Below the pieces are notes generated by a model. That model was not told the DNA's origin, did not search any database, and saw only the letters and a list, made by a program, of their open reading frames with translations. Position numbers and translations under genes: made by a program. DNA of 64,000 bases, from NCBI GenBank assembly GCA_036258115.1, contig DATAEH010000081.1:22411-86410 (forward strand). Reading direction: 5' to 3'. The DNA comes from Streptosporangiaceae bacterium (GTDB taxonomy: Bacteria > Actinomycetota > Actinomycetes > Streptosporangiales > Streptosporangiaceae). Shown here piece by piece: positions 38,226-47,328 of this stretch. The stretch's first letter is position 1. Each line of letters begins with the position of its first letter.

Positions 38226-38298
38226 GGTTCAGCACGATGGGAGCGCCGTAATTGCTGACTTCGGCAGTGCCGAAGCCGGCCTTCGACAGGAGTTCCGG

Positions 38299-39537
38299 AT
38301 GGCCGAGCCGCAAGTACTCGCGATCGTTCTCGCTGGCGGAGCCGGTAAGCGTTTGGCGCCGCTCACCGATGACCGCGCCAAGCCGGCCGTGCCCTTCGGC
38401 GGCCTGTACCGGCTGATCGACTTCGCCCTCTCCAATCTCGTCAACGGCGGGATCCGGCGCATCTGCGTGCTGACCCAGTACAAGAGCCACAGCCTCGACC
38501 GGCACATCACCACGACCTGGCGGCTGAGCAGCCTGCTAGGGAACTACGTCACCCCCGTGCCAGCCCAGCAGCGGCTAGGGCCGCACTGGTACACAGGTTC
38601 GGCCGACGCCATCTTCCAGTCACTGAATCTGATCTACGACGACCAGCCCGACATCGTCGCGGTCTTCGGCGCGGACCACGTCTACCGGATGGACACGCGG
38701 CAGATGGTGAACCAGCACGTGGCCGGCCGGACCGGCGTGACGGTAGCCGCCATTCCGGTGGACCGGAAAGAGGCGACCAGCTTCGGTGTCATTCAGACCG
38801 GGCCTGACGGCCGCTCGGTCGAGGCGTTCCTGGAAAAGCCGCCCGATCCTCCCGGGATTCCCGGCAACCCTGACCTGGCCTACGCGTCCATGGGTAACTA
38901 CGTGTTCAGCACAGACGTCCTCGTCGAGGCACTCCGCCAGGACGCTGCCGATGACAGCAGCAGGCATGACATGGGCGGCGACATCTTGCCGATGCTGGTC
39001 AGCCAGGGCTGCGCCCAGGCTTATAACTTTCTCGACAACGAGGTCCCCGGCGCGGAGCCGCGTGACGCCGGGTACTGGCGCGACGTCGGAACCCTTGATT
39101 CCTATTACGACGCTCACCTCGACCTCTGCGCGGTGCATCCGGTCTTCAACTTGTACAACGACCGGTGGCCGATCCTGACCCACGTGCCCTCGCAGCCGCC
39201 AGCCAAGTTCGTCCACGACAGCGGCGACCGCATCGGGCGCGCGATCAACAGCGTGGTGAGCAACGGCGTCATCGTCTCAGGGGGCCTCGTCAGGCAGTCG
39301 GTGCTCTCCCCGGGCGTCCGGATCAATTCCTGGGCCACGGTTGACCGGTCGGTGCTGATGCACAACACGGCGGTTGGGAGGAACGCCGTGGTCAAGAACG
39401 CCATTCTCGACAAGAACGTCGTGGTGCCCGATCACGCCCAGGTGGGCGTCGACAAGGACCATGACAAGGCGCGGGGCTTCGTCGTCTCCGCCGGCGGGGT
39501 CACGGTCGTGGGCAAGGGCCAGGAGGTCCGCCTGTGA
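38299..39537 (+). CDS. glgC: glucose-1-phosphate adenylyltransferase
   Basis: [25 protein letters not shown] plus a left-handed beta-helix C-terminus. ACAGGAG precedes the ATG at 38299. Confidence 0.92.
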   Translation: MAEPQVLAIVLAGGAGKRLAPLTDDRAKPAVPFGGLYRLIDFALSNLVNGGIRRICVLTQYKSHSLDRHITTTWRLSSLLGNYVTPVPAQQRLGPHWYTGSADAIFQSLNLIYDDQPDIVAVFGADHVYRMDTRQMVNQHVAGRTGVTVAAIPVDRKEATSFGVIQTGPDGRSVEAFLEKPPDPPGIPGNPDLAYASMGNYVFSTDVLVEALRQDAADDSSRHDMGGDILPMLVSQGCAQAYNFLDNEVPGAEPRDAGYWRDVGTLDSYYDAHLDLCAVHPVFNLYNDRWPILTHVPSQPPAKFVHDSGDRIGRAINSVVSNGVIVSGGLVRQSVLSPGVRINSWATVDRSVLMHNTAVGRNAVVKNAILDKNVVVPDHAQVGVDKDHDKARGFVVSAGGVTVVGKGQEVRL

Positions 39538-40787
39538 CCGGGCCAGAAGGGCCCTTCGGGCCAGCTGATGGCCTCGGGCCCTTCGGGCCGGCTGATGGCC
39601 TCGGCCCGTTCAGCAAGGTCAACGTCGCGCTCCTCACGAGGGAGTACCCGCCAGAGGTTTACGGCGGCGCCGGCGTGCATGTCGAATATCTGTCGCGCGA
39701 GCTGCGCGACCTGGTCAGCCTGACCGTGCACTGCCAAGGCGCTGACCGCGCCGATGCGATCGCGCACCGGCCTTGGGACCATTTGGAGAACGCGAACGCG
39801 GCCTTGCAGATCGTCTCTGCCGACCTGTCCATGGCCGCGGCGATCGCAGGCGCCGACGTTGTGCACTCGCACACCTGGTACACCAACCTGGCCGGGCACC
39901 TGGCGGCGATCTTGTATGGCGTCCCGCACGTGCTGACCGTGCATTCGCTCGAGCCGCTCAGGCCGTGGAAGGCCGAGCAGCTTGGCGGTGGCTACGCACT
40001 GTCGTCGTGGTGCGAGCGCGTCGCGGTCGAATCGGCGGCCGCTGTGATCGCCGTCTCCAGCGGGATGCGCGCCGACGTGCTCGCTACCTACCCGGCGCTG
40101 GCGGCAGATCGGGTGCATGTGATCAGGAACGGGATCGACACCGACGAATACGCTCCGGACGCCGGCACGGAGGTGCTGGCAAAGCATCAGATTGATCCCG
40201 GCCGACTCACCGTCGCCTACGTGGGGCGCGTGACCAGGCAGAAGGGGCTGCCGGTTCTGCTGCGGGCCGCGGAGATGCTTGACCCGCAGGTGCAGCTCGT
40301 GCTGTGCGCGGGTCAGGCCGATACGCCCGAGCTCGGCGCCGAGGTCACCGGCCTGGTCGCGCACCTGCGCGAAAGCCGGTCAGGCGTGATCTGGCTGAAC
40401 GAGATGCTGCCCAAGCAGGAGGTCATCCAGATTCTCAGCCACGCCACGGTCTTCGCCTGCCCGTCGCTGTACGAGCCGCTCGGAATCGTCAACCTGGAGG
40501 CCATGGCGTGCGGCACGCCGGTCGTCGGTTCCAACGTGGGCGGCATCCCCGAGGCGGTGCTGGACGCTCAGACCGGCCTGCTCGTGCCCCCTGGTGATCA
40601 CATCCTGCTGGCCGAGGCGCTCATCTCCCTGCTCGGTGATCCCGCCAGGGCAGCGGCCATGGGCGAGCTCGGGCGCCAGCACGTCGCCGCCGAATTCAGC
40701 TGGGCCAGCATTGCCGGGCAGACCGCCGCGCTCTATACCGATCTCGTGCGGGCCGCTCCTGCGTCCCGCGACGCCAGCGAAACCTAA
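39534..40787 (+). CDS. glgA: glycogen synthase / GT4-type ADP-glucose glucosyltransferase (GlgA; GlgM-like in mycobacterial nomenclature)
   Basis: [32 protein letters not shown] and the [22 protein letters not shown] motif. The GTG start overlaps the glgC stop (GTGA). Confidence 0.9.
   Translation: MTGPEGPFGPADGLGPFGPADGLGPFSKVNVALLTREYPPEVYGGAGVHVEYLSRELRDLVSLTVHCQGADRADAIAHRPWDHLENANAALQIVSADLSMAAAIAGADVVHSHTWYTNLAGHLAAILYGVPHVLTVHSLEPLRPWKAEQLGGGYALSSWCERVAVESAAAVIAVSSGMRADVLATYPALAADRVHVIRNGIDTDEYAPDAGTEVLAKHQIDPGRLTVAYVGRVTRQKGLPVLLRAAEMLDPQVQLVLCAGQADTPELGAEVTGLVAHLRESRSGVIWLNEMLPKQEVIQILSHATVFACPSLYEPLGIVNLEAMACGTPVVGSNVGGIPEAVLDAQTGLLVPPGDHILLAEALISLLGDPARAAAMGELGRQHVAAEFSWASIAGQTAALYTDLVRAAPASRDASET
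39549..39602 (+). repeat. 27-bp in-frame tandem duplication (2 copies, 1 mismatch) at the 5' end of glgA
   Basis: gggcccttcgggccAgctgatggcctc at 39549-39575 and gggcccttcgggccGgctgatggcctc at 39576-39602. They encode GPFGPADGL twice, and a partial third GPF follows. Confidence 0.9.
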
Positions 40788-40860
40788 GCCATCACCGAAC
40801 AGCGTATTGTTCGGCGAACACTGTTCCCTCGGTCCGGTTCGTCCGGTTAAGATATATCGC

Positions 40861-41466
40861 ATGGAGGAGATCGCGATGATCAAGACTGGCAGCGCAGGGC
40901 CGGACCGAGCACCCGCTTCCGGAACGCTCGCGTCGAATGTCGAGCGGGACGCGGCAACGCAGCGCCTGCAGGCCGCTTTCGCCGAGCGCCGCCTGACCGA
41001 TGAGGAATTCGACCAGCGCGTCAGGCATGCGCTGGTGGCAAGGACGACCGCTGAGCTGGACCACCTGACCGCCGACCTGCCTGCCGCGGCGCCAACCCTG
41101 CTCGTGGGGACGGGCGGCGGCAAGAAACCAGGCAGGTTCGCGATCGCGCTGAAGAGCTCGATCAGCAGAGCCGGCCGGTGGACGCTGCCACGTAAGTTCA
41201 CCTCGGTCGTGTACAAGGGCAGCGGCCTGCTCGACCTGCGGGCGGCGGAGCTGACATCGCGGGAGACGACCATCACGGCGTTGTCGTACAAGTCGCGCAC
41301 CGAGATCCTGGTGCCGCCGGGAGTCCGGGTCGAGCTCGGCGGCACGGGCGTCTCGGCGGCCGGCGACGCCTGGCCAGCCGAGCTGCCGCCCGGCGCCCCG
41401 GTCGTGCGGGTCAGAGGGGTCGCTTACAAGGGGAGCATCGAGGTCAGGACCGCCCCGAGCGCGTAG
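40861..41466 (+). CDS. DUF1707 domain-containing protein with LiaF-C-like beta-rich C-terminus
   Basis: ASNVERDAATQRLQAAFAERRLTDEEFDQRVRHALVARTTAELDHLTADL is the DUF1707 motif. The alternative ATG at 40876 has GGAGGAG upstream of it. Confidence 0.75.
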   Translation: MEEIAMIKTGSAGPDRAPASGTLASNVERDAATQRLQAAFAERRLTDEEFDQRVRHALVARTTAELDHLTADLPAAAPTLLVGTGGGKKPGRFAIALKSSISRAGRWTLPRKFTSVVYKGSGLLDLRAAELTSRETTITALSYKSRTEILVPPGVRVELGGTGVSAAGDAWPAELPPGAPVVRVRGVAYKGSIEVRTAPSA

Positions 41467-41477
41467 CCTGCGCGAAT

Positions 41478-42347
41478 GTGAGCTTCACCGGCGAACCGCA
41501 GCTGAGGATTGACCCGCTGACCGGCACCTGGGTGGTTGTCACCCCGTGGCGACAAGACCGTCCCAACAAGCCAGCGGGACCTTGCCCGTTCTGCCCTGGC
41601 GGCCTTGAGGCTCCCGGCCCTTACGAGGTGCGGTGCGTACCGAACCGCTGGCCCGCGCTGCCGGACGGCAGGCACGAGGTCATCCTGCACAGCCCTGTCC
41701 ACGCGGCGACGTTTCCCGGCCTCGGCCAGGCTGGCGCCGCGCGGGTGATCGACCTGTGGTCCGAGCGGACTGCGCGGCTCGGTGCGCGGGACGATGTCGC
41801 CTACGTGTTCGTGTTCGAGAATCGCGGCCAGGCGATCGGGGCCACCATTGACCATCCGCACAGCCAGATCCTGGCGTTCGGCGAGGTGCCGCCGGTCCCG
41901 CTCGCCGAGCTTAGGCGGCCGGGCTGCCCGCTGTGCCAGCCGCCCGATGATGAGCTGACGGTGGCGCGGCACCGTTCCTGGCTGGCGCACGTTCCGTGGG
42001 CGCCCTCGTGGCCCTACGAGATGGTGATCGCGCCGGACCGGCACGTGCCCGACCTGCCTGAGGCTGGCCAGGAACTGCGCTCGGAGCTCGGCCTGGTCCT
42101 GATCGAATCCCTGGCCAGGCTCGAGCGCGTGCTCGGCCAGGCCGAGCCCTACCTGCTCTGGTTGCACCAGCGGCCGGCCGACGGCGACGACTGGCCGGCC
42201 GCGCACCTGCACCTGCACCTCGCGCCGGTGCTGCGCGCCCCGAACACGATCCGCCATCTCGCGGCCGCGGAGTTCGGCGTCGGTGTGTTCTTCGACCCGG
42301 TCGATCCGCCCGCCGCGGCGGCAGCGCTGAGGTCGGCCGAGCCCTGA
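41478..42347 (+). CDS. GalT-family (HIT superfamily branch III) nucleotidyl transferase, galactose-1-phosphate uridylyltransferase-like
   Basis: CPFCPGG zinc motif, FENRG and the HPHSQI (HxHxQ) active site. Confidence 0.8.
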   Translation: MSFTGEPQLRIDPLTGTWVVVTPWRQDRPNKPAGPCPFCPGGLEAPGPYEVRCVPNRWPALPDGRHEVILHSPVHAATFPGLGQAGAARVIDLWSERTARLGARDDVAYVFVFENRGQAIGATIDHPHSQILAFGEVPPVPLAELRRPGCPLCQPPDDELTVARHRSWLAHVPWAPSWPYEMVIAPDRHVPDLPEAGQELRSELGLVLIESLARLERVLGQAEPYLLWLHQRPADGDDWPAAHLHLHLAPVLRAPNTIRHLAAAEFGVGVFFDPVDPPAAAAALRSAEP

Positions 42348-42370
42348 CCAACTGGTGACCGACCTCGCGC

Positions 42371-42868
42371 TCAGGTGATCGAACCGGCGGCGGCGCCGGT
42401 TACCTGATCCCCCCAGCGCGCGATCTCGGCTTCCAGGTCCAGCGGCGCGATCATGGGCCCGTCGGCCAGCTCACGCTCCCATTGATCGGCAGGCACCCGC
42501 CACATGACCTCGAACTCGATGCCGCTCGGGTCTTTGGCGTACAGCGACTTGGATACCCGGTGGTCGCTCGCCCCGACCAGTGCGCCGAGCCGGTCCAGCT
42601 TCGCCCTGACCTCGGCGAGGTCGGCCAGCGTCCCCACTTCCCAGGCGAGGTGGTACAGGCCGATGTAGCGGCCTTGCTGCCGTGCGCCGTCTGGCACAGC
42701 GAACAGACCGAGGTCGTGGTCGTTGGCGGTGCCCTGAGCGCGCAGGAACGCCGCCTGGCCGGGGATTTCCATGCGCACTTCAAAGCCGAATGCCTCCCGG
42801 TAGAACTCGACAGAAGAGGCGAGGTCCCGGACGTAGAGCACGGCGTGGTTCAGGCGGCGGACTGGCAT
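42371..42868 (-). CDS. VOC family protein (glyoxalase/extradiol dioxygenase fold)
   Basis: RLNHAVLYVRDLASSVEFYREAFGFEV and LYHLAWEV. AAGGGAG precedes the ATG at 42868. Confidence 0.8.
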   Translation of the reverse strand: MPVRRLNHAVLYVRDLASSVEFYREAFGFEVRMEIPGQAAFLRAQGTANDHDLGLFAVPDGARQQGRYIGLYHLAWEVGTLADLAEVRAKLDRLGALVGASDHRVSKSLYAKDPSGIEFEVMWRVPADQWERELADGPMIAPLDLEAEIARWGDQVTGAAAGSIT

Positions 42869-42943
42869 CTGCGCTCCCTTGACTCTCTTACCTACCGGGG
42901 AATGCACTGGGGAGAATGCACGGTGCAGCCAGGAGATTCCCGG

Positions 42944-44317
42944 CTACCTGGCTGATACGGCACCGTAGTCCGCGATGCCTGCGTGCTTGGCGTTGTCAAA
43001 GTCGTCGTCGATCAGCACGACGTCGCGCCCTGCCGCGTCCAGCATTCCGGCGGCCACCGACGCGCGGTAACCGGACTGGCAGTGCACCCAGACCTGACCG
43101 GCGCCTATCTCGTCCATCCGTCCCACGAGCTCGTGTAGCGGGATGTGGACGGCCGTGCCGATCCTGGCCTCCTCCCACTCGGACTGGCGGCGGACGTCGA
43201 GGAGTACGAACTCGCGGTGGCCGCGTGCGCGGGCGTACCCGGCGAAGGTGGTGACCTCGTAGGCGCGGAGTGGCTCGCCGCCTGCCCAGTCGGCTGGGCC
43301 GCTAGTCGCGCCGGACAGTACCTGGTCGATGCCGATCCTGACCAGATCCCGCTGGGCCGCGGCGACCTCGGCGGCGTTCTGGCCGAGCAGCGTGAGCGGC
43401 GTGCCCCACGGGATCAGCCAGCCCAGGTAAGTGGTCATGTAGTCGCCTAGCTCGAAGGACAGCGTGCCCCGCAGGTGCCCGGCCGCGTAAGCGACACGGG
43501 AGCGCAGGTCGACGACCCACTCGCCGGCCTGGATGCTGCGCCGCACCTCCGCACTGTCGGCCTGGCGCGGAGGGGCCAGATCGGCCGGGGGCGGCCCGGC
43601 GGCGTTGGCCGGCGCCATGTGCGCGTAGTAAGCGGGATAGACGTCTAGCGCGGCCAGCATGGAATCGACGTAGTCGGCTTCGCTCAGCGTGAGCGCCGGA
43701 TTGACAGTCGCCTCCATGCCGATGGTCGAGGCGGCGCCTGAGGTAGGCGTGGCCGAGCAGAAGCTGCCGAAGCCGTGCGTCGGGCAGACCATCGCATCGG
43801 GCGGCAGCTCCGCGGCGAGCCTGCGGACCGACGCGTGCTGAGCTCTGGCCAGGTCATGCGAATGCTCCGCACCGAGCAGGTCCGTTCGTCCGGTCGAGCC
43901 GTTCAACAGCGAACCGCCGGTAAAGACGGCGACCGTCCGTCCCGCGTACTCGACGGCGTAGGAGAGGTGGTTGAACGTGTGGCCGGGCGTAGCAATCACA
44001 CTGACGCCCATCTCCCCGGCCTCGATCTGGTCGCCGTCGGCGACAGCGGTCCGGTCGAACCGCACGTCGTCGGCTGCGCATACGTGGTATCCAGCGCCGA
44101 CCGCTCCGGCGAGAGCGAGGCCGCCAGTGACGTAATCGTTGTGGATATGGGTCTCGAAGACGTGGGTAATCCGGACGCCGCGTGAGGCCGCGACGGCGAG
44201 CACCCGGTCGATGTCGCGCTGCGGGTCAATCACGATCGCTACCGAGCCGTCGGTCGCCAGATAGCTGCGGTCGCCCAGCGACGGTGTCTCGATGGGAGCG
44301 ATCTCGATCACGCGCAT
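42944..44317 (-). CDS. MBL-fold hydrolase fused to two rhodanese domains (persulfide dioxygenase-sulfurtransferase-like)
   Basis: THIHNDYVTGG metal motif, then rhodanese modules ending with the active-site loop HCQSGYRAS. GAGGAGGAG precedes the ATG at 44317. Confidence 0.85.
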   Translation of the reverse strand: MRVIEIAPIETPSLGDRSYLATDGSVAIVIDPQRDIDRVLAVAASRGVRITHVFETHIHNDYVTGGLALAGAVGAGYHVCAADDVRFDRTAVADGDQIEAGEMGVSVIATPGHTFNHLSYAVEYAGRTVAVFTGGSLLNGSTGRTDLLGAEHSHDLARAQHASVRRLAAELPPDAMVCPTHGFGSFCSATPTSGAASTIGMEATVNPALTLSEADYVDSMLAALDVYPAYYAHMAPANAAGPPPADLAPPRQADSAEVRRSIQAGEWVVDLRSRVAYAAGHLRGTLSFELGDYMTTYLGWLIPWGTPLTLLGQNAAEVAAAQRDLVRIGIDQVLSGATSGPADWAGGEPLRAYEVTTFAGYARARGHREFVLLDVRRQSEWEEARIGTAVHIPLHELVGRMDEIGAGQVWVHCQSGYRASVAAGMLDAAGRDVVLIDDDFDNAKHAGIADYGAVSAR

Positions 44318-44342
44318 CTCCTCCTCATGCTGCTCGTCCAGA

Positions 44343-45638
44343 CTACCGAGATAGCGCCGCCGGCCCGGTGTAGACGCCTCGCGGCCGGATCGGGGTGCCT
44401 CGTGCGTACTCCTCGAGCGCGTGCGCGAGCCAGCCCGCGGTGCGGGCGATGGCGAATACCGCCTCGCCTCCGCCGGCAACCATTCCCGTGACCCCGCCGA
44501 GCGCGGCGAGCGCGAAGTCGATGTTTGGCTCGGGCAGAGCGCGTCTGGCGGCCTCGGCGATCACGGCGTCGGCTACCGCCAGCCGCTCCGACCCGGCTGC
44601 GGCTTCCCTGACCAGGTCCATCAGCAGCACCGCCCGCGGATCGGACCCGCGGTAGACGAAATGACCGAAGCCAGGGATGCGCTCCCCGCGCCTGAGCCGA
44701 TCGCCGACGACTCGCGCGGCTTCCTCAGGATGAGCTGCCGAACGCAGCATGAGCTCCGCACCGAACGAGGCGCCGCCGTGCAACGCACCGCCGACCGCGC
44801 CTAGTCCGGTCGCGACCACCGCATAGGGGTCGGCGCGCATCGAGGCGGCCACCCTGGCCGCCAGCGTCGACGCCGCCAGCTCGTGGTCGGCGAGCAAGAC
44901 CATGGCCGCGCGCAGTGCCCGCACCAGGCCAGGACTCGGCTCGGCCGGGCACAGCCTCACGAGCAGCCGCCGGGCGATCGACGCGCCGGGCCTCGCGCCG
45001 TTGGCCGGACGCGCTGCCGGCAGGCTATCCGTCATCCCGGCGATCAGCCCCCGCCCCGCCGCGATGACCGCCGGAGGGTCCAGGTGCAGGCGGAGCGGAT
45101 CGGCGGCCGCTAGCGCGGGCACGATCACCTGCAGCCGCTCCAGCGGCAGCGTTCCTGGCGGCAGCGCGGCCTGAGCGGCGCTGGCGGCCGCTATTGCGGC
45201 CTCGGTCGCCCGCCAGGGCTGAACCCCGTCGCTACCATCCAGCGTGCCCGTCCAGAGCAGGCCAGCGACCTTTTCGAAGTCGCGCGCGCGGGCCAGCTCG
45301 ATAGCGTCGTAACCGCGGTATCTGAGCTGGTTGCCGGTGATCTCGGTTACCTGCGTCTCGATCACCAGCTCAGTGGCGCCCTGGGACCGTCGCGGCCGGC
45401 CCCTTCTGGCAAGACTCTCTACCTCCCGCGAGCTGAACAGGCTAACCCTGGAGCCCTCGGCCTTCCGCCTGGACAGGACTCCCCTGCTCACATACGAGTA
45501 CAGACTGGCCTGCTTGACGCCAAGCCGCTGCGCGGCTTCCGCCGCGGTGATCCACTCGGTCGGCAACCTCGCCTCGCTTTCCGCCCTGTCCTTCCCGACG
45601 TCTACCCCAGGACCGCCTTCCGCCTCCGGGACCCACAT
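44343..45638 (-). CDS. citrate synthase family protein with N-terminal excisionase/MerR-type HTH domain
   Basis: The N-terminus ITAAEAAQRLGVKQASLYSYVSRGVLSRRK is HTH_17-like. The body has citrate synthase motifs GGALHGGAS, IPGFGHFVYRGSDPRA and ARTAGWLAHALEEY. The exact start is uncertain because an operator-like array overlaps the ATG at 45638. Confidence 0.8.
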   Translation of the reverse strand: MWVPEAEGGPGVDVGKDRAESEARLPTEWITAAEAAQRLGVKQASLYSYVSRGVLSRRKAEGSRVSLFSSREVESLARRGRPRRSQGATELVIETQVTEITGNQLRYRGYDAIELARARDFEKVAGLLWTGTLDGSDGVQPWRATEAAIAAASAAQAALPPGTLPLERLQVIVPALAAADPLRLHLDPPAVIAAGRGLIAGMTDSLPAARPANGARPGASIARRLLVRLCPAEPSPGLVRALRAAMVLLADHELAASTLAARVAASMRADPYAVVATGLGAVGGALHGGASFGAELMLRSAAHPEEAARVVGDRLRRGERIPGFGHFVYRGSDPRAVLLMDLVREAAAGSERLAVADAVIAEAARRALPEPNIDFALAALGGVTGMVAGGGEAVFAIARTAGWLAHALEEYARGTPIRPRGVYTGPAALSR

Positions 45639-45688
45639 TGATTTCGATCAATATTGACGAATGAGCGGACTGTAAGTCAATAATCAAC
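45637..45688. promoter_or_regulatory. AT-rich divergent control region with five ATTGAY/RTCAAT half-sites
   Basis: ATTGAT (45637-42), ATCAAT (45647-52), ATTGAC (45653-58), GTCAAT (45676-81) and AATCAAC (45682-88). These form ATTGAT-N4-ATCAAT and ATTGAC-N17-GTCAAT inverted repeats. Confidence 0.45.
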
Positions 45689-45726
45689 ATGAGGCTGATG
45701 GCGCGATCCGACACGGAGGCTTTGGC

Positions 45727-46953
45727 ATGCCACAGGTCCACATCCTGGACGTCACCAACCGCGATGGCGTACAGACCGCACGCACGGGGCTGTCGAAGTT
45801 CGGCAAGACGATGGTCAACTTCTACCTGGCCAAGCTCGGAGTGGCGCAGTCCGAGATCGGCTTCCCCTTCCTGTTCCACGAGGTGCCCTACGTCAGGGCC
45901 AATGTGGCGCTGGCCAGGGCGGGCGCCTTCGGTGAGATGCGCCTCTCTGGCTGGTGCCGCGCCGTCCCCGGCGACCTCGAGGCGTCAGTCCCGCTTGGCC
46001 TGGAGCACTACAACCTGTCCATCTCCACCTCCGACCAGATGATCGCGCACAAGTTCCGCGGCAGGCTGGACCGCGCTGCGATCATCGGTCAGGTAACCGC
46101 GTCCGTCGCCGCGGCCAAGGCCGGAGGCGCCAAGACGATCGGAGTCAACGCCGAGGACGGGTCGCGCACCGATGACGGCTTCCTTACCGAGTTCGCGCTT
46201 GCCGCGAGGGAGGCAGGCGCCGACCGGGTCCGCTACTGCGACACGATCGGCGGCGATTCGCCGCAGCGGATCAGGGAGCGGTTCGCCCAGCTCGCGTCGG
46301 CAATCGGCATGCCCGTCGAGACCCACTGCCACAACGATCTCGGTATGGCGGTCGCGAACTCGGTATCCGGCGCGCTAGGGGATCTCGACGCCGGGCAGGA
46401 TGCGTGGGTTAACACCTGCATCAACGGGATCGGCGAGCGGTCAGGCAACGCAGATCTGCTCTCGGTCATACTGGCGTTCCAGCACGGCTTCGGCGTAGCC
46501 GGCCAAGCCGAGATAGGCGACCATCTCGACCTGTCGTGGGCCAGGCGGTTCGCGCTGTGGGCCAGCTACGCGTTCGGCCAGCCCCTGCCGCAGAATCAGC
46601 CGGGCACCGGCCGCAACGCCTTCGCGCACGAGTCAGGCATTCACGCCGACGGAGCGCTAAAAGACCGGCACAACTATGAGCTTTACGACGACGACACGCT
46701 CGGGCCCTTCCCGCAGGACTGGCACGCGACGGCCGGGCGCGTCGTGCTGACCGGCGAGTATGGCGGCATGGCCGGCTTCAGGCACGTCATGGCCGGGCTC
46801 GGCATCGATACGTCAGTAGATGAGGACCTCATTTTCCGGCTCGTTCAGATCTGCGGCGCGGCGACCAGCAAACCGCTGACCGACGATGAGCTGCGCCTGA
46901 TCGCTGCGTATCCGCGTGAGATCGCGCTGCTGTACCCGGGTCAGCTCGGCTAA
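45727..46953 (+). CDS. HMGL-like (DRE-TIM) Claisen-condensing enzyme, homocitrate/2-isopropylmalate/citramalate synthase family
   Basis: ILDVTNRDGVQT (a variant of the DTTLRDGEQ motif), GVNAEDGSR and ETHCHNDLGMAVANS. There is no LeuA-type regulatory domain. GGAGG lies 8 nt upstream of the ATG. Confidence 0.8.
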   Translation: MPQVHILDVTNRDGVQTARTGLSKFGKTMVNFYLAKLGVAQSEIGFPFLFHEVPYVRANVALARAGAFGEMRLSGWCRAVPGDLEASVPLGLEHYNLSISTSDQMIAHKFRGRLDRAAIIGQVTASVAAAKAGGAKTIGVNAEDGSRTDDGFLTEFALAAREAGADRVRYCDTIGGDSPQRIRERFAQLASAIGMPVETHCHNDLGMAVANSVSGALGDLDAGQDAWVNTCINGIGERSGNADLLSVILAFQHGFGVAGQAEIGDHLDLSWARRFALWASYAFGQPLPQNQPGTGRNAFAHESGIHADGALKDRHNYELYDDDTLGPFPQDWHATAGRVVLTGEYGGMAGFRHVMAGLGIDTSVDEDLIFRLVQICGAATSKPLTDDELRLIAAYPREIALLYPGQLG

Positions 46954-46960
46954 CGGGAAT

Positions 46961-46980
46961 CCGGCTGGGCGGCCAGCCGG
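46961..46980. terminator. GC hairpin CCGGCTGG-GCGG-CCAGCCGG between convergent genes
   Basis: A perfect 8-bp stem with a 4-nt loop, 8 nt after the stop at 46953. There is no clear U-tract. Confidence 0.4.
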
Positions 46981-46986
46981 GAGTCC

Positions 46987-47178
46987 CTATTGCCCGATCT
47001 GCTTACGGCTGCGCACCCGGCGCAGCCGTGCCTTCTGATTCGAGTCGAGCATCGCGTAGGCGACGGCCGGGATCGCGACTGCAAGCACGATCACGGCGAA
47101 CGCGAGCCACGGGTTGATGATCAGAAGAATGAGCCCGATAACGACACCTGCGATGCCGATCTTCATATGCGGGGTCAT
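46987..47178 (-). CDS. small two-TM membrane protein
   Basis: About 63 aa (MTPHMKIGIAGVVIGLILLIINPWLAFAVIVLAVAIPAVAYAML...) with a basic tail. GAAGGGAAGG lies 6 nt upstream of the ATG at 47178. Confidence 0.5.
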   Translation of the reverse strand: MTPHMKIGIAGVVIGLILLIINPWLAFAVIVLAVAIPAVAYAMLDSNQKARLRRVRSRKQIGQ

Positions 47179-47328
47179 AACCGGCCTTCCCTTCGTCACG
47201 GGATGTCAGCATCCCGCCCTATCCTGACCGAGCCGCGCGATCATTCCATCACGACCAAGGTAGCTCCCCGCCAGAGCATTGCGACCAGGTCTGGTGCGAG
47301 ATGATGATGCCAACAACTGGAGGAGAAC

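Noticed and set aside
39432-42257. Minus-strand ORFs 39432..40364, 40380..41345 and 41424..42257
   Set aside because: They lie antisense to glgA, the DUF1707 gene and the GalT-family gene, and have the typical antisense Arg/Gly/Pro composition.
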